A DNA stretch of 64,000 nt from positions 35,222-99,221 of the forward strand of contig JANRLD010000039.1 in the NCBI GenBank assembly GCA_033762915.1. The letters run 5' to 3'. This DNA is from Meiothermus sp. (GTDB lineage Bacteria > Deinococcota > Deinococci > Deinococcales > Thermaceae). Both the position numbers and the translations under genes were made by a program. The notes below the pieces were generated by a model. The model did no database searches. It saw only the letters and a list, made by a program, of their open reading frames with translations, and was not told the DNA's origin. Of this stretch, positions 1 to 9,539 are shown piece by piece (within the stretch, counting starts at the first letter, position 1; each line of letters starts with the position of its first letter).

Positions 1-610
1 CTTCCCGGTCGGACACCTGGGGAAAGTCCTGGTAGAACTGCCCGACCGCCCTGAAGTCTTGGGGCCGCAGAAGTGCAACCACCGCGTCGGCGAGTTGCTC
101 GAGCTCCTCGGCGCTGTCGGGCGCGGCGACCGGCACCGCGACCACGACCTGCGCGGGGTTCTGCCGCCGCACCGCGTCCAGTGCCGCCCGCACGGTGGCC
201 CCGGTAGCCAGCCCGTCGTCCACCAGGATCACCACCCGGTGCTCGAGCTGCGGCAACGGTTTGGAGCCCCTGTACAGTGCCACGCGCCGCTGGAGTTCCT
301 CCCGTTCCCGCGCCTCGACCCGCGCCAGCTCCTCCTCACCGATCTCCAACGCCTCAAGCAGGCGTTGGTTGATGTAGCGCCCACCCCCCATCGCAACCGC
401 CCCCATCGCCAGCTCGGGCTGCCGCGGCACCCCCAGCTTCCGCACCGGCCAGACGTCGAGGGTGCCCCCCAAGGCCTTCGCCACCTCGAGGGCCACCGGC
501 ACCCCGCCCCTGGGTAGGCCCAGCACCATCCCCCCCAGGCCCAGCTTTCGCTTCTGGAGCAGCCCTGCCAGGGCGCGGCCTGCTGAGGTGCGGTCGGCGA
601 AGGTCTCCAT
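1..610 (-). CDS. Phosphoribosyltransferase family protein (partial, runs off left edge)
   Basis: Manual translation from ATG at 610: METFADRTSAGRALAGLL...VLGLPRGGVPVALEVA...VRKLGVP...ELAMGAVA, then the PRPP-binding motif VILVDDGLATGAT. Confidence 0.85.
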   Translation of the reverse strand, partial: METFADRTSAGRALAGLLQKRKLGLGGMVLGLPRGGVPVALEVAKALGGTLDVWPVRKLGVPRQPELAMGAVAMGGGRYINQRLLEALEIGEEELARVEAREREELQRRVALYRGSKPLPQLEHRVVILVDDGLATGATVRAALDAVRRQNPAQVVVAVPVAAPDSAEELEQLADAVVALLRPQDFRAVGQFYQDFPQVSDRE

Positions 611-719
611 GGCGTGAGGTCAAGGGTGGAGGGTTACGGGGTAATTACGGCCGGATTGCGTTCTCGGGCTTGATGGGCGGGAGGCAGGGCCCCAGTGCGG
701 TGGCTACAGTCGGCGTGCC

Positions 720-992
720 CTAGCGCTCGACCTCGGTCCCGGCAAAGCCCTTCACGCTGAGCCTGCCCAGCCCTAACGCCTTCACCTCGTCGCGCTTGAC
801 CAGCAGGTAGTCCAGGCGCTCCTCGAAGGGACTGTCCTCGAGGCGCACGTTGCGCAGGATCAGGACGTTCTCGTGCCCCTCCCAGCGGGCCGCCTGGCGG
901 CGCAAGGCCTCGGTGTCGGGGAACTCACCCACCTCGATCTCCTCACCTACGAAGATGTGGTTCTCGAGCAGCACGATTCGTTCACGTCTCAT
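720..992 (-). CDS. Hypothetical protein (90 aa)
   Basis: ORF with GGAGG upstream and host-like codon use; no recognisable motif. Confidence 0.6.
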   Translation of the reverse strand: MRRERIVLLENHIFVGEEIEVGEFPDTEALRRQAARWEGHENVLILRNVRLEDSPFEERLDYLLVKRDEVKALGLGRLSVKGFAGTEVER

Positions 993-1102
993 GATGGCCT
1001 CCTGAGCGTAAGTCTGGGCAATCTGCGTTACCGCACCATTACCGGGGACTGGTAATGACGCGGTAACACGGGCCGGGTAGCTTGGGGCCGGAGGTGAGGG
1101 CG

Positions 1103-1489
1103 ATGGTAGGCAACGAGCGCAACAACAACTGGATTGCCGGGCTGGTGCTGATCGGCTTGGGCTTGGTCTTTCTGGTTCAAAACATCACCGGGGTTCAACT
1201 GGGTAACTGGTGGGCGCTGTTCATCCTGATGCCGGCTGTATGGGCCTTCTGGAACGCCTGGGAGATATACCAGAAAGAGGGCAAGCTGACCCCTCAGGCC
1301 GCCCGCATGGCCCAGGGCGGGCTGTTCCCGCTGGTGATCGGGCTGATCTTCCTGTTCAACCTGGACTTCGGCAGGCTTTGGCCGCTGCTCCTGGTGATCG
1401 CGGGCATCGGGGCCATCCTCAACCCCCGCAACCCCGAAAAGCCCAGCGACCCCAACCCCCCCGACCAGGGCAGCATCGGTTACCGCTGA
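1103..1489 (+). CDS. Small multi-pass membrane protein, LiaF/LiaI-like (DUF5668-type)
   Basis: GGAGGTG RBS before ATG 1103; four hydrophobic segments; WWALFIL and LWPLLLVIAG motifs. Confidence 0.75.
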   Translation: MVGNERNNNWIAGLVLIGLGLVFLVQNITGVQLGNWWALFILMPAVWAFWNAWEIYQKEGKLTPQAARMAQGGLFPLVIGLIFLFNLDFGRLWPLLLVIAGIGAILNPRNPEKPSDPNPPDQGSIGYR

Positions 1490-1535
1490 AGGCCGTGACC
1501 CCTGACCGCATCACCCCTCAGCCCGCGCCCTGTGA

Positions 1536-2462
1536 GTGCGGGAGATAAGGAAGTGTGCCGTGCAGCTGAAAAAGTCGAAACCCTCGAGCCCTGGAGGGAG
1601 GTCTCGAGCCGCATCCTTGGTTCTGGCCCTGACAGGGCTTGTGGCCGCCCTGCTGCTGGCCGGCTGGGCCGGTCTGCAGGTGCGGCCTGCGCCGTTCCCG
1701 CCCTACCCCGCCGCGTCTGCGCTGCCCGAAACCCTGCCACTGCCCGAGGGCCTGCCCGCCCCGGTGGAGCGCTACTACCGTGCCCTCTACGGCGCTCGGG
1801 TTCCGCTGGTCCGCTCGGCGGTGATCACGGGACGCGCTAGCATCCGCCCCGTCCCCTTCCTGCCCGCCTTCCCGGCCCGCTTCCGCTTCACCCACGAGGC
1901 CGGCAAGAACTACCGCCACTACATCGAGGCCACCTGGTTCGGCCTCCCGGTCATGAAGGTCAACGAGACCTATCTCGACGGCCACAGTCGCCAGGAGATG
2001 CCCTGGGGCACCGTGGAGAACGCCCCCAAGGCCGACCAGGCCGCCAACCTGGGTATGTGGGCCGAGACCTTTTCGATGCCCTCGGTCTTCCTGACGGACC
2101 GCCGCGTGCGCTGGGTGGCGGTGGATAACCAGACGGCGCTGCTCGAGGTGCCCCCCTCCACGGCCCAAGGGGGGTCCGCAGACGGCTCGAGGGAGCGCTT
2201 TGTGGTGCGCTTCGACCCCCGCACCCACCTCGTCACTGCCGCCGAGGTCATGCGCTACAAGACCGCCGACCAGGCCGCCCAGAAAATTCTCTGGATCACC
2301 CAGTATCTGCCCGGCCAGACTGTGGAGGTTTACGGCGCACGCCTCCCGGCCGTGGGGTCGGCCACTTGGCTCGACGACGGCAAGCCCTGGGCCTACTTCA
2401 CCAGTGAGTCGGTGGTCTACAACGCCGACCTGAGCGGCTATGTGCGGGCCAAAGGGTTGTGA
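1536..2462 (+). CDS. Membrane-anchored hypothetical protein (DUF6544-like); start uncertain
   Basis: N-terminal TM segment followed by GLPAPVERYY motif and a beta-rich body. Confidence 0.6.
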   Translation: MREIRKCAVQLKKSKPSSPGGRSRAASLVLALTGLVAALLLAGWAGLQVRPAPFPPYPAASALPETLPLPEGLPAPVERYYRALYGARVPLVRSAVITGRASIRPVPFLPAFPARFRFTHEAGKNYRHYIEATWFGLPVMKVNETYLDGHSRQEMPWGTVENAPKADQAANLGMWAETFSMPSVFLTDRRVRWVAVDNQTALLEVPPSTAQGGSADGSRERFVVRFDPRTHLVTAAEVMRYKTADQAAQKILWITQYLPGQTVEVYGARLPAVGSATWLDDGKPWAYFTSESVVYNADLSGYVRAKGL

Positions 2463-2550
2463 GGCCTGCGCGGAGGGCGAGACCGCGCTCAGTCCCGACT
2501 CACCCCGCATTTCGCCCAGGCTCAGCCGCCGTCGCAACACTCAGAGATCG

Positions 2551-3102
2551 ATGACCCAGCGCGAGTTCATCAACCGGGTGGGGAGCCTCTACACGCGGGT
2601 GGGCCGTCCCCCCCTCGAGGGTCGCTTCGTGGCCCTGCTGCTGCTGGCCGAGGGGCCGGTGGCGGTGGCTCGGGCGGCGGAGCAGTTGGGGGTGACGCGG
2701 CAGGCCCTCCAGCGGCTGGCGGTGGAGATGCTCGAGCGCGGCGACCTCAAGCGCGAGGGCGAGTTTTCCACCAAGCGGCACCTCTATAGCCTGGCCGACC
2801 ACGCCTACTCCCGCGACCTCCGCGCTCACCTCGACGCCATCACCGAGGTCTCCGAGCTGGCCGAGGAGATGCTGGGCAGGGCCCGCGCGGGGGGCGATGC
2901 GGCCCTCCACCTTCGCGCCCACGCCGAACTCACCCGCCGCGCCGCCGAGTCGCTGCGCGGGCTGGTGGAAAGCCACGAGCGGGCCCGCGAGGCCGACCTC
3001 GAGGCCCACCTCGAGCGTAACTGGGATGCAGTGCCCGCGCGCCGGGGGGCGGGAAGCATGGGTGGGGGTGAACGGGAGGAGGGGAAGAAAGAGAGCAACT
3101 GA
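2551..3102 (+). CDS. GbsR/MarR-family transcriptional regulator
   Basis: EFINRVG...GRPPLEGRFVALLLLAEGP...AEQLGVTRQAL winged-HTH pattern. Confidence 0.65.
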   Translation: MTQREFINRVGSLYTRVGRPPLEGRFVALLLLAEGPVAVARAAEQLGVTRQALQRLAVEMLERGDLKREGEFSTKRHLYSLADHAYSRDLRAHLDAITEVSELAEEMLGRARAGGDAALHLRAHAELTRRAAESLRGLVESHERAREADLEAHLERNWDAVPARRGAGSMGGGEREEGKKESN

Positions 3103-3505
3103 CGGTAGTTGCTACCTTTACGCCTCGCCGCTTGAGGCGATACAGCGGGCGTCAGTTACCCTGAACATCCAGGTCTTAGGGTGCGGGGTATTCAAGGTAA
3201 GCGCTGTGAGCAGAGGGTCCTGCTGGCTTTGCCGTAGGGCGAATCCAACCCACAGCCGGAACGCAGCTTGGGCCCGGCGAATGCGTGGGGGCCGAGGTCC
3301 CACCCCGCAGCTTCGAGTTGGTGCGGGTCTTCGCTGGCGGCAAGCCCTCGAGGCTGCCGACTCGAGCCGCAGCGGGGCGGGCTAGATGATGCGACGTTCT
3401 TTGGTCGCGGGCGTCTTTTGGGTTTGCTCTCCCTCCGCTCTGCCGATGCAATCCGCTAATTGCTGATGACCCCCTGAGCCCCCATCTCTGTTACCCTGGT
3501 TTTCT

Positions 3506-6500
3506 GTGAAAAGGGCGCTGCCCCGACCCATAGGCCTTGATCTCGGCTCGCCGGGCGCGGCCTTTTTCCTCGAGCACACTTCCGAGGCGGTGGTGGTGGT
3601 CGAGGGCGATGCTGTGGCCTACCTCAACCCCGCTGCCGAGCGGGCGCTGGGGCGACGGCGGGAGGCGCTGTTGGGCTGCCCGGCGGCGGAGGTCTTCCCG
3701 GAGGGGCTCTCGTGCGAACTCGAGGGGGCCTACCGGCGGGCCCTGCGGGCGCGTCGAGGCACCGAACTCGAGACCTTTTGCGCGGCGCTGGGCGGCTGGT
3801 TCGAACTGCGGATCGTCCCCACGGAAGGCGGCGCGGCGGTCTTCTTCCGCGACGTGACCCTGCGCCGTACCCAAGAGGAGGCCCTGCACGAGGCCACCGA
3901 ACGCTTGCGCGCCACCTTCGAGCAGGCCGCGGTGGGCATTGCCCATGTCAGCCAGGACGGCAGCTGGCTGCGGGTCAACCGGCGGCTGTGCGAGATACTG
4001 GGCTACCCCGAGGCCGACCTGATCCAGAAGACCTTCCAGGAGGTCACCCACCCCGACGACCTTGAGGCCGACCTCGAGCGCGTGGGCCAGTTGGTGGCAG
4101 GGGAGATCGCCAGCTACGCCATCGAGAAGCGCTACCTGCGCCGCGACGGCGCGACGGTCTGGGCCAACCTGATCGTCTCGCTGGTGCGCGGCGCGGCGGG
4201 CGAACCGCTGTACTTCATCGCGGTGGTTGAGGACATCACCCAGCGCAAGTGGGCCGAGGAGCGGCTGCGGCTTCAGGAGGCGCACTACCGCCGGGCGCTC
4301 GAGGACTCGGGCCTGCTGGCGGCCCGCGTGGACGCCGACCTACGTTACACCTGGGTCTACAACCCCCACCCCGAATTCGACCCCGACAGCCTGGTGGGTA
4401 AGCGCGACGACGAACTTGCCCGCAACCCCGGCATCGATCAGCTCGTGTCGCTCAAGCAGCGGGTTCTCGAGACCGTCCAGGTTCACCGCGACGAGATCAC
4501 CTTCCCGCTCAGCGACGGGCTGCACACCTACGAGATCAAAGCGGTGCCGCTCCTTGACCCCGGCGGCCGGATCTCCGGGCTGACCACTGTCTCGCAGGAC
4601 ATCACCGATATGCGCCGGGTCGAGAGCGCCTTGGCCGAGGAGCGCGCCCGCTCGGCGGCGGTGCTCGAGAACGTCCCGGCGGTGGCCTTTCTCAAAGACA
4701 TGGCCGGCCGCTACACCTACGTCAATCCAGGCTTCGAGCGGCTCTTCGGCCTGCGGCTCGAGTGTGTGCTGGGCAGGACCGACCTCGAGCTGTTCGGCCC
4801 CCAGATAGCCCAGGCACTGGCCGAAAACGACCAGCGGGTGCTCGAGAGCGGGGCTGCGTGGGAGTTTGAGGAGAGCGCCGACCTCTCGGGGGTTCGGGTG
4901 GTCTATAGCTCGGTCAAGTTCGTGCTACGCGGCCCGGACGGGCTGCCGACCGGCGTTGGCGGCATCTCGGTGGACATCACCGAGCGCAAGCGGGCCGAGG
5001 AGGAGTTGCGCCAGACCACGGCCCAGCTCGAGGCTCTCCTCGACAATCTCCCATTGGGGGTGGCCCTGTTCGACCGCGACCTGCGTTTCCGGCGGGTCAA
5101 CGCCGCCCTGGCCCAGCTGGACGGCCTCCCCGAGGCCGAGCACGTGGGCCGCACGGTGGGGGAGATGGCCGAGCGCAACGACTCGCCTCCGGGGTTAGCG
5201 GAGGGGGTGGAGCGGGTGCTGCGGGGGGTACTCGAGAGCGGGGAGGGGGTCTACGGCTTCGAGTTGTCCGGGCCGGTGGCCGCCGAGCCCGACCGAGTCT
5301 GCCACTCCCTGGCGAGCTGGTTCCCGGTGCGGCTGGACGGCCGCACCGAGCTGGTGGGGGCGGTTTTGGTGGACATCACCGGGCGCAAGGAGGCCGAGCG
5401 GGAGGCGGCGCTCCTGGCAGGGCTGGGCGGCGACCTGGCCCGCCTCGAGGAGCCCGGTGAAATCATGCGGGTGGCGGGGGAGCGGGTAGCCCGCCACTTC
5501 GGGGCCTCGCGGGTCTACTTCGCCCGCCTCGACGAGGGGGCCGACACCTCTGAGGTCCTCTATGACTGGTCGGCGGAGGGCGGGGCCGGGACCGTGGGCA
5601 CCTACCGGCTGGGCCGGCACTTTTCCGAGGGCTTTCTGGCCGAGCTGCGGGCCGGGCGGGTGCTGGCGGTCGACGACGTGCGAACCCACCCCATCACCCG
5701 CGACTTCGCCGAGCGCTCTCTGGCGCTGGGCATCGGGGCCTCGCTCAACGCCGCCTACCTGGTCGGGGGCCGTCTGAGATTCCTGCTGGCGATCAGCTCA
5801 CCCGCGCCGCGCAGTTGGGGTGAGGGCGAGGCCCGCCTGCTCGCGGAGCTGACCGAGCGGGTCTGGCTGCGCCTCGAGCGGGCAGAGACCGAGGCCGCTC
5901 TGAGCGAGAGCGAGCGCCGCTTCCGCGAGACCTTCGAGGGAATGCGTGCGGTGGGGGTCACGCTCGACCCCGGGGGCCGCGTCACCTTCGCCAATCGCTT
6001 CCTGCTTGAGCTGACCGGCTGGGGCGAGGCCGAGGTGCTGGGCTGTAATTGGTTCGAGCGCTTCATCCCGGAAGGCCTCGAGGTCGAGCGCATCTTCCAC
6101 GAGTCCATCGCCCGGGGCGAGATCTTCTCCCACCACGAAAACGAGATCCTCACCCGCGACGGTCAGCGCCGCCTGATCTCCTGGGACAACACCCTGCTCA
6201 GGGACGCCCAAGGCCGGGTTGCGGGCACTGCCAGCGTGGGGCGCGACATCACCGACGAGTGGGCCGCCCAGGCCGCCCTCGAGGCCAGCGAGGCCCAGTT
6301 CCGCGAGCTGACCGAGAGCATCCGCGAGGTCTTCTGGCTGACCGACCCCCTCAGCGGCCGGCTGCTCTACGTCAGTCCGGCCTTCGAGGTGCTGTGGGGC
6401 CGCAGCGTGAAGGAGTTGCGCAACAACCCCCGCGCCTACCTCGAGGCCGTCCATGAGGGCGACCGCCCGCGCGTCGAGGCCGAGTTCCCCAAGCAGCTCC

Positions 6501-7369
6501 GGGGAGAGACCTACGACGTGGAGTACCGCGTCCTGCGCCCCGACGGCAGCCTGCGCTGGGTGCGCGACCGGGCCTTCCCAGTGCGCGGCGAATCGGGTGA
6601 GGTGGTGCGGGTGGCCGGCGTCGCCGAGGACATCACCGAGTACAAGCTGGCCGAGGAGGCGCTGCGCGAGAGCGAGGAGCGCTACCGCCGCCTCGCCGAG
6701 AGCCAGAAGCGCTTCGTCAACGACGCCGCCCATGAGCTGCGCGCCCCGCTCACCGCCATCCAGGGCAACTTCGAACTGCTGACCCGCTTCAAGGGGATGA
6801 AGAAGGCTGACCGCGAGGCGGCATTGGAGGAGGTCAGCGCGGAGGCCGCCCGGCTGGGCCGCCTGGTGGGCGACATGTTGGCCCTAGCCCGGGGTGACAG
6901 CGGTGCGGGCCTGCACCTCGGCCCGGTGCGCCTAGATCGGGTGCTGAGGGAGGCCTTGGAGGCCGCCAAGGGCCTGAGCCGCCAACACGACCTTCAGGCG
7001 GGCGACCTGCCCGCCCTCGAGCTGGCCGCTGACCCCGACCGCCTTAAGCAACTCGCGCTACAACTCCTCGAGAATGCCCTAAAGTATACCCCCGAGGGCG
7101 GGCAGGTGCGCCTGAGCTTGGTCCGGGACGGCGACTGGGCCGAGCTGCGTGTCGCCGACACCGGCATCGGCATCCCGCCCGAGGAGCTGAGCAAGGTCTT
7201 CGAGCGCTTCTACCGCTCGGACAAGGCCCGCAGCCGCGCCGTGGCAGGCACCGGCCTGGGCCTCCCGATCGCCCAGTGGATTGTCGAGGCGCACGGCGGG
7301 AGGATTTGGCTCGAGAGCGAGGTCGGTAAGGGCACCACTGCCGTGGTGCGGCTGCCCCTCTCGAGGTGA
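3506..7369 (+). CDS. Multi-PAS/GAF sensor histidine kinase
   Basis: Repeated PAS/PAC units ending in DIT, a GAF-like segment, H-box AAHELRAPLT, N-box LLENALKYT, G-boxes DTGIGI and GTGLGL. Confidence 0.95.
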   Translation: MKRALPRPIGLDLGSPGAAFFLEHTSEAVVVVEGDAVAYLNPAAERALGRRREALLGCPAAEVFPEGLSCELEGAYRRALRARRGTELETFCAALGGWFELRIVPTEGGAAVFFRDVTLRRTQEEALHEATERLRATFEQAAVGIAHVSQDGSWLRVNRRLCEILGYPEADLIQKTFQEVTHPDDLEADLERVGQLVAGEIASYAIEKRYLRRDGATVWANLIVSLVRGAAGEPLYFIAVVEDITQRKWAEERLRLQEAHYRRALEDSGLLAARVDADLRYTWVYNPHPEFDPDSLVGKRDDELARNPGIDQLVSLKQRVLETVQVHRDEITFPLSDGLHTYEIKAVPLLDPGGRISGLTTVSQDITDMRRVESALAEERARSAAVLENVPAVAFLKDMAGRYTYVNPGFERLFGLRLECVLGRTDLELFGPQIAQALAENDQRVLESGAAWEFEESADLSGVRVVYSSVKFVLRGPDGLPTGVGGISVDITERKRAEEELRQTTAQLEALLDNLPLGVALFDRDLRFRRVNAALAQLDGLPEAEHVGRTVGEMAERNDSPPGLAEGVERVLRGVLESGEGVYGFELSGPVAAEPDRVCHSLASWFPVRLDGRTELVGAVLVDITGRKEAEREAALLAGLGGDLARLEEPGEIMRVAGERVARHFGASRVYFARLDEGADTSEVLYDWSAEGGAGTVGTYRLGRHFSEGFLAELRAGRVLAVDDVRTHPITRDFAERSLALGIGASLNAAYLVGGRLRFLLAISSPAPRSWGEGEARLLAELTERVWLRLERAETEAALSESERRFRETFEGMRAVGVTLDPGGRVTFANRFLLELTGWGEAEVLGCNWFERFIPEGLEVERIFHESIARGEIFSHHENEILTRDGQRRLISWDNTLLRDAQGRVAGTASVGRDITDEWAAQAALEASEAQFRELTESIREVFWLTDPLSGRLLYVSPAFEVLWGRSVKELRNNPRAYLEAVHEGDRPRVEAEFPKQLRGETYDVEYRVLRPDGSLRWVRDRAFPVRGESGEVVRVAGVAEDITEYKLAEEALRESEERYRRLAESQKRFVNDAAHELRAPLTAIQGNFELLTRFKGMKKADREAALEEVSAEAARLGRLVGDMLALARGDSGAGLHLGPVRLDRVLREALEAAKGLSRQHDLQAGDLPALELAADPDRLKQLALQLLENALKYTPEGGQVRLSLVRDGDWAELRVADTGIGIPPEELSKVFERFYRSDKARSRAVAGTGLGLPIAQWIVEAHGGRIWLESEVGKGTTAVVRLPLSR

Positions 7370-7433
7370 GTGCTCTGCCGGTGTTTTGCCGGACGGCCCG
7401 GCCGCAAACCGCCGGGCGGTAGGGGCAACCCCT

Positions 7434-7542
7434 ACGTGCCTGGGCGGAGTGGCGTGCGCCATAGCCGTGGAGCGGCTACCCGAGGCGCTATTCCTTGCGG
7501 GAGCTGGTGGGCGACATTTCGCACTGCAACTATGAAGACACT
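7434..7542 (+). repeat. Intergenic repeat family A (~110 bp, two short hairpins)
   Basis: GGGCGGAGTGGCGTGCGCCATAGCCGTGGAGCGGCTACCC...ACTATGAAGACAC; also at 19945, 22354 and 28436. Confidence 0.85.
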
Positions 7543-7612
7543 TACCCTCGACCCTCGACCTCCGCCCCGCCCCAAGGCCAAACGTTTTCCCCGGTCGCGC
7601 TAGGATGTACTC

Positions 7613-8857
7613 ATGTCGTTGGCCCTGGTCGCCCTGTTGCTGCTGGTCGCCATCTTGGTGCTGGCTGCCGTGCGCAGCGACCTCAACGCAGGAGTATTCG
7701 CGGTGGCGGTGGCCTACGGGCTGGGCCTGTGGGTGATGGGGCTGAGTGCTGCCGAGGTGGCGGCCTTCCTGCCTTCACAACTGGTCTTGACGATTGTGGG
7801 GGTGGCGCTCTTGTTCGAGATGGCCCATCAGAACGGCACCCTCGAGCGCCTCACCGCACTGATGATCCGCCTGGTGCGCGGCAACACCCGGCTGCTGCCG
7901 ATGTCCTTCTTCCTGCTCACCTTCGCCCTCTCGGCCATGGGGCCGGGCAACATCGCCGCCACCGCGCTGGTGGCCCCCGTGGCCATGCCCACTGCCGTCG
8001 CGGCCGGGCTTAGCCCCTTCCTGATGGCGGTGTTGGTTTGCACCGGGGCCAACGCCGGGGCCTTCTCGCCGGTATCGGTCACCGGCAACATCAATGCCAC
8101 CCTGATTCAGAAGATCGGTCTGACCGACCCTCTGCTGCCCCTGCAGATATTTGTCATCGTGGCCCTGATCCAGTCGGTGACGGCGGTGGCGGCTTACTGG
8201 CTGCTGGGCGGCTATCGTTTCAAGCGCAGCCCCCAACTGCCCGAAACCCCGCCGCCCCGCTTCGAGCGCCGCCATCTCCTGACTCTGGCCGCCGTCGGCG
8301 TCTTCATTCTGGCCCTGGTGGCCTTCCGGGCCCCCGCCCCGGCGGTGGCTTTCGCCCTGATTGCCTGCTTGAGCCTGCTCCGCATCGCCGATGCCGACGC
8401 CAGCATCAAGGCCCTGCCCTGGGGGGTGCTGCTGCTGATCTCCGGCCTGAGCATCCTGATCGGGCTCCTGGAGGAGGTGGGGAGCCTCGAGCTGACCACC
8501 CGCTTGCTGGCCCAAGCTGCCACCCCCCAAACCCTAAACGCCACCCTGGCCTTCTTCGCAGGACTGGCCTCGGTCGGGAGTAGCTCCTCGGGGGTGGTGA
8601 TGCCCCTGTTCATCCCGCTGGCCCCGCAGATTCTGGAGCGGCTTGGCGGCGGCGACCTCGCGGCGGCGGTGATGGCCATAGACCTGGGCTCGCACATGGT
8701 GGACGTGAGCCCGCTCTCCACGCTGGGTGCGCTGTGCCTGGCGGCCCTGCCCAGCGGCGTGAACCGCAGCCGGCTGTTCCGCAACCTGCTGCTGTGGGGT
8801 CTGGCCATGACTTTTGTGGCGGCGCTGCTGGCGTGGGTGTTCTTGGACCTGATTTGA
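7613..8857 (+). CDS. SLC13/MatC-like dicarboxylate transporter
   Basis: ~12 TM segments; GANAGAFSPVS, SSSSGVVMP and VDVSPLSTLGA motifs; TAGGAT 6 nt before ATG. Confidence 0.8.
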   Translation: MSLALVALLLLVAILVLAAVRSDLNAGVFAVAVAYGLGLWVMGLSAAEVAAFLPSQLVLTIVGVALLFEMAHQNGTLERLTALMIRLVRGNTRLLPMSFFLLTFALSAMGPGNIAATALVAPVAMPTAVAAGLSPFLMAVLVCTGANAGAFSPVSVTGNINATLIQKIGLTDPLLPLQIFVIVALIQSVTAVAAYWLLGGYRFKRSPQLPETPPPRFERRHLLTLAAVGVFILALVAFRAPAPAVAFALIACLSLLRIADADASIKALPWGVLLLISGLSILIGLLEEVGSLELTTRLLAQAATPQTLNATLAFFAGLASVGSSSSGVVMPLFIPLAPQILERLGGGDLAAAVMAIDLGSHMVDVSPLSTLGALCLAALPSGVNRSRLFRNLLLWGLAMTFVAALLAWVFLDLI

Positions 8858-8912
8858 GAGCCTGGAGTTGGGCCAGGGTCTGGAGATTATCACCGACGGC
8901 AGCCACCTGCCC

Positions 8913-8947
8913 AGATGCAAGCCGAGATGCAAGCCGAGATGCAAGCC
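8913..8947 (+). repeat. 12-bp tandem repeat (AGATGCAAGCCG, ~3 copies)
   Basis: Seen directly. Confidence 0.9.
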
Positions 8948-9079
8948 CAGTCTCAACTTACGGCGTTCCCACATCCTGCGCGGAGGCCCAGGTTGGCGGG
9001 GTTCGCTACGCCCGCATTAGGGCAACACCGCTCGAGGCGCAAAGGTGGGAACTTCTTATCGCCTTCGGCTGTGGAGACC

Positions 9080-9280
9080 TTACCGCCGCGGCGGCTCCTT
9101 CGGTGTGGGGTCTTGCACGGGTGGATACGAGGGCGGCTCGGTGGGCGAAGGTGGGTCTATGATGTGCGGCCCCTCCTCGGGGATGGGAGGCAGGGGGTCG
9201 GTCGCAGGGCCGGGGAGGTCGGGCGGAAACTCGGGGACTTCCCTCGGCGGCACGGCGGGTATGGGGTCGGGCTGGGTCAC
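9080..9280 (-). CDS. Small Pro/acidic-rich protein (66 aa)
   Basis: GTG at 9280 preceded by TATCCT-6 nt (leaderless pattern); MTQPDPIPAVPPREVPEFPPDLPGP... Confidence 0.6.
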   Translation of the reverse strand: MTQPDPIPAVPPREVPEFPPDLPGPATDPLPPIPEEGPHIIDPPSPTEPPSYPPVQDPTPKEPPRR

Positions 9281-9539
9281 GGCTCGAGGATAGTGGGCAG
9301 GCTCGAGGCCCGGTTTAGCCCCCGCTGAGCCTGGGTAGAGCCTGGGCCCTTCGCCGCTTCCCGCCCCCCTCATCGCGGTTCCCACCCTTACCTCCCTCGC
9401 GGCGGCGGAGTTCGGGGCTTGGTCGCTCGAGCCTTCCACCTCTCCCGCCAATTCTGAACAGTGTTCGTTACTCAACGGCCCCAACCCTCGTTCGTTCAGC
9501 TGCATCGGAAAATCCTACGGTTTCGTTTAGAATCAGCGG

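Noticed and set aside
8913..8947. 12-bp tandem repeat as a coding or phase-variation element
   Set aside because: Intergenic, only three units, and overlapping ORFs look spurious
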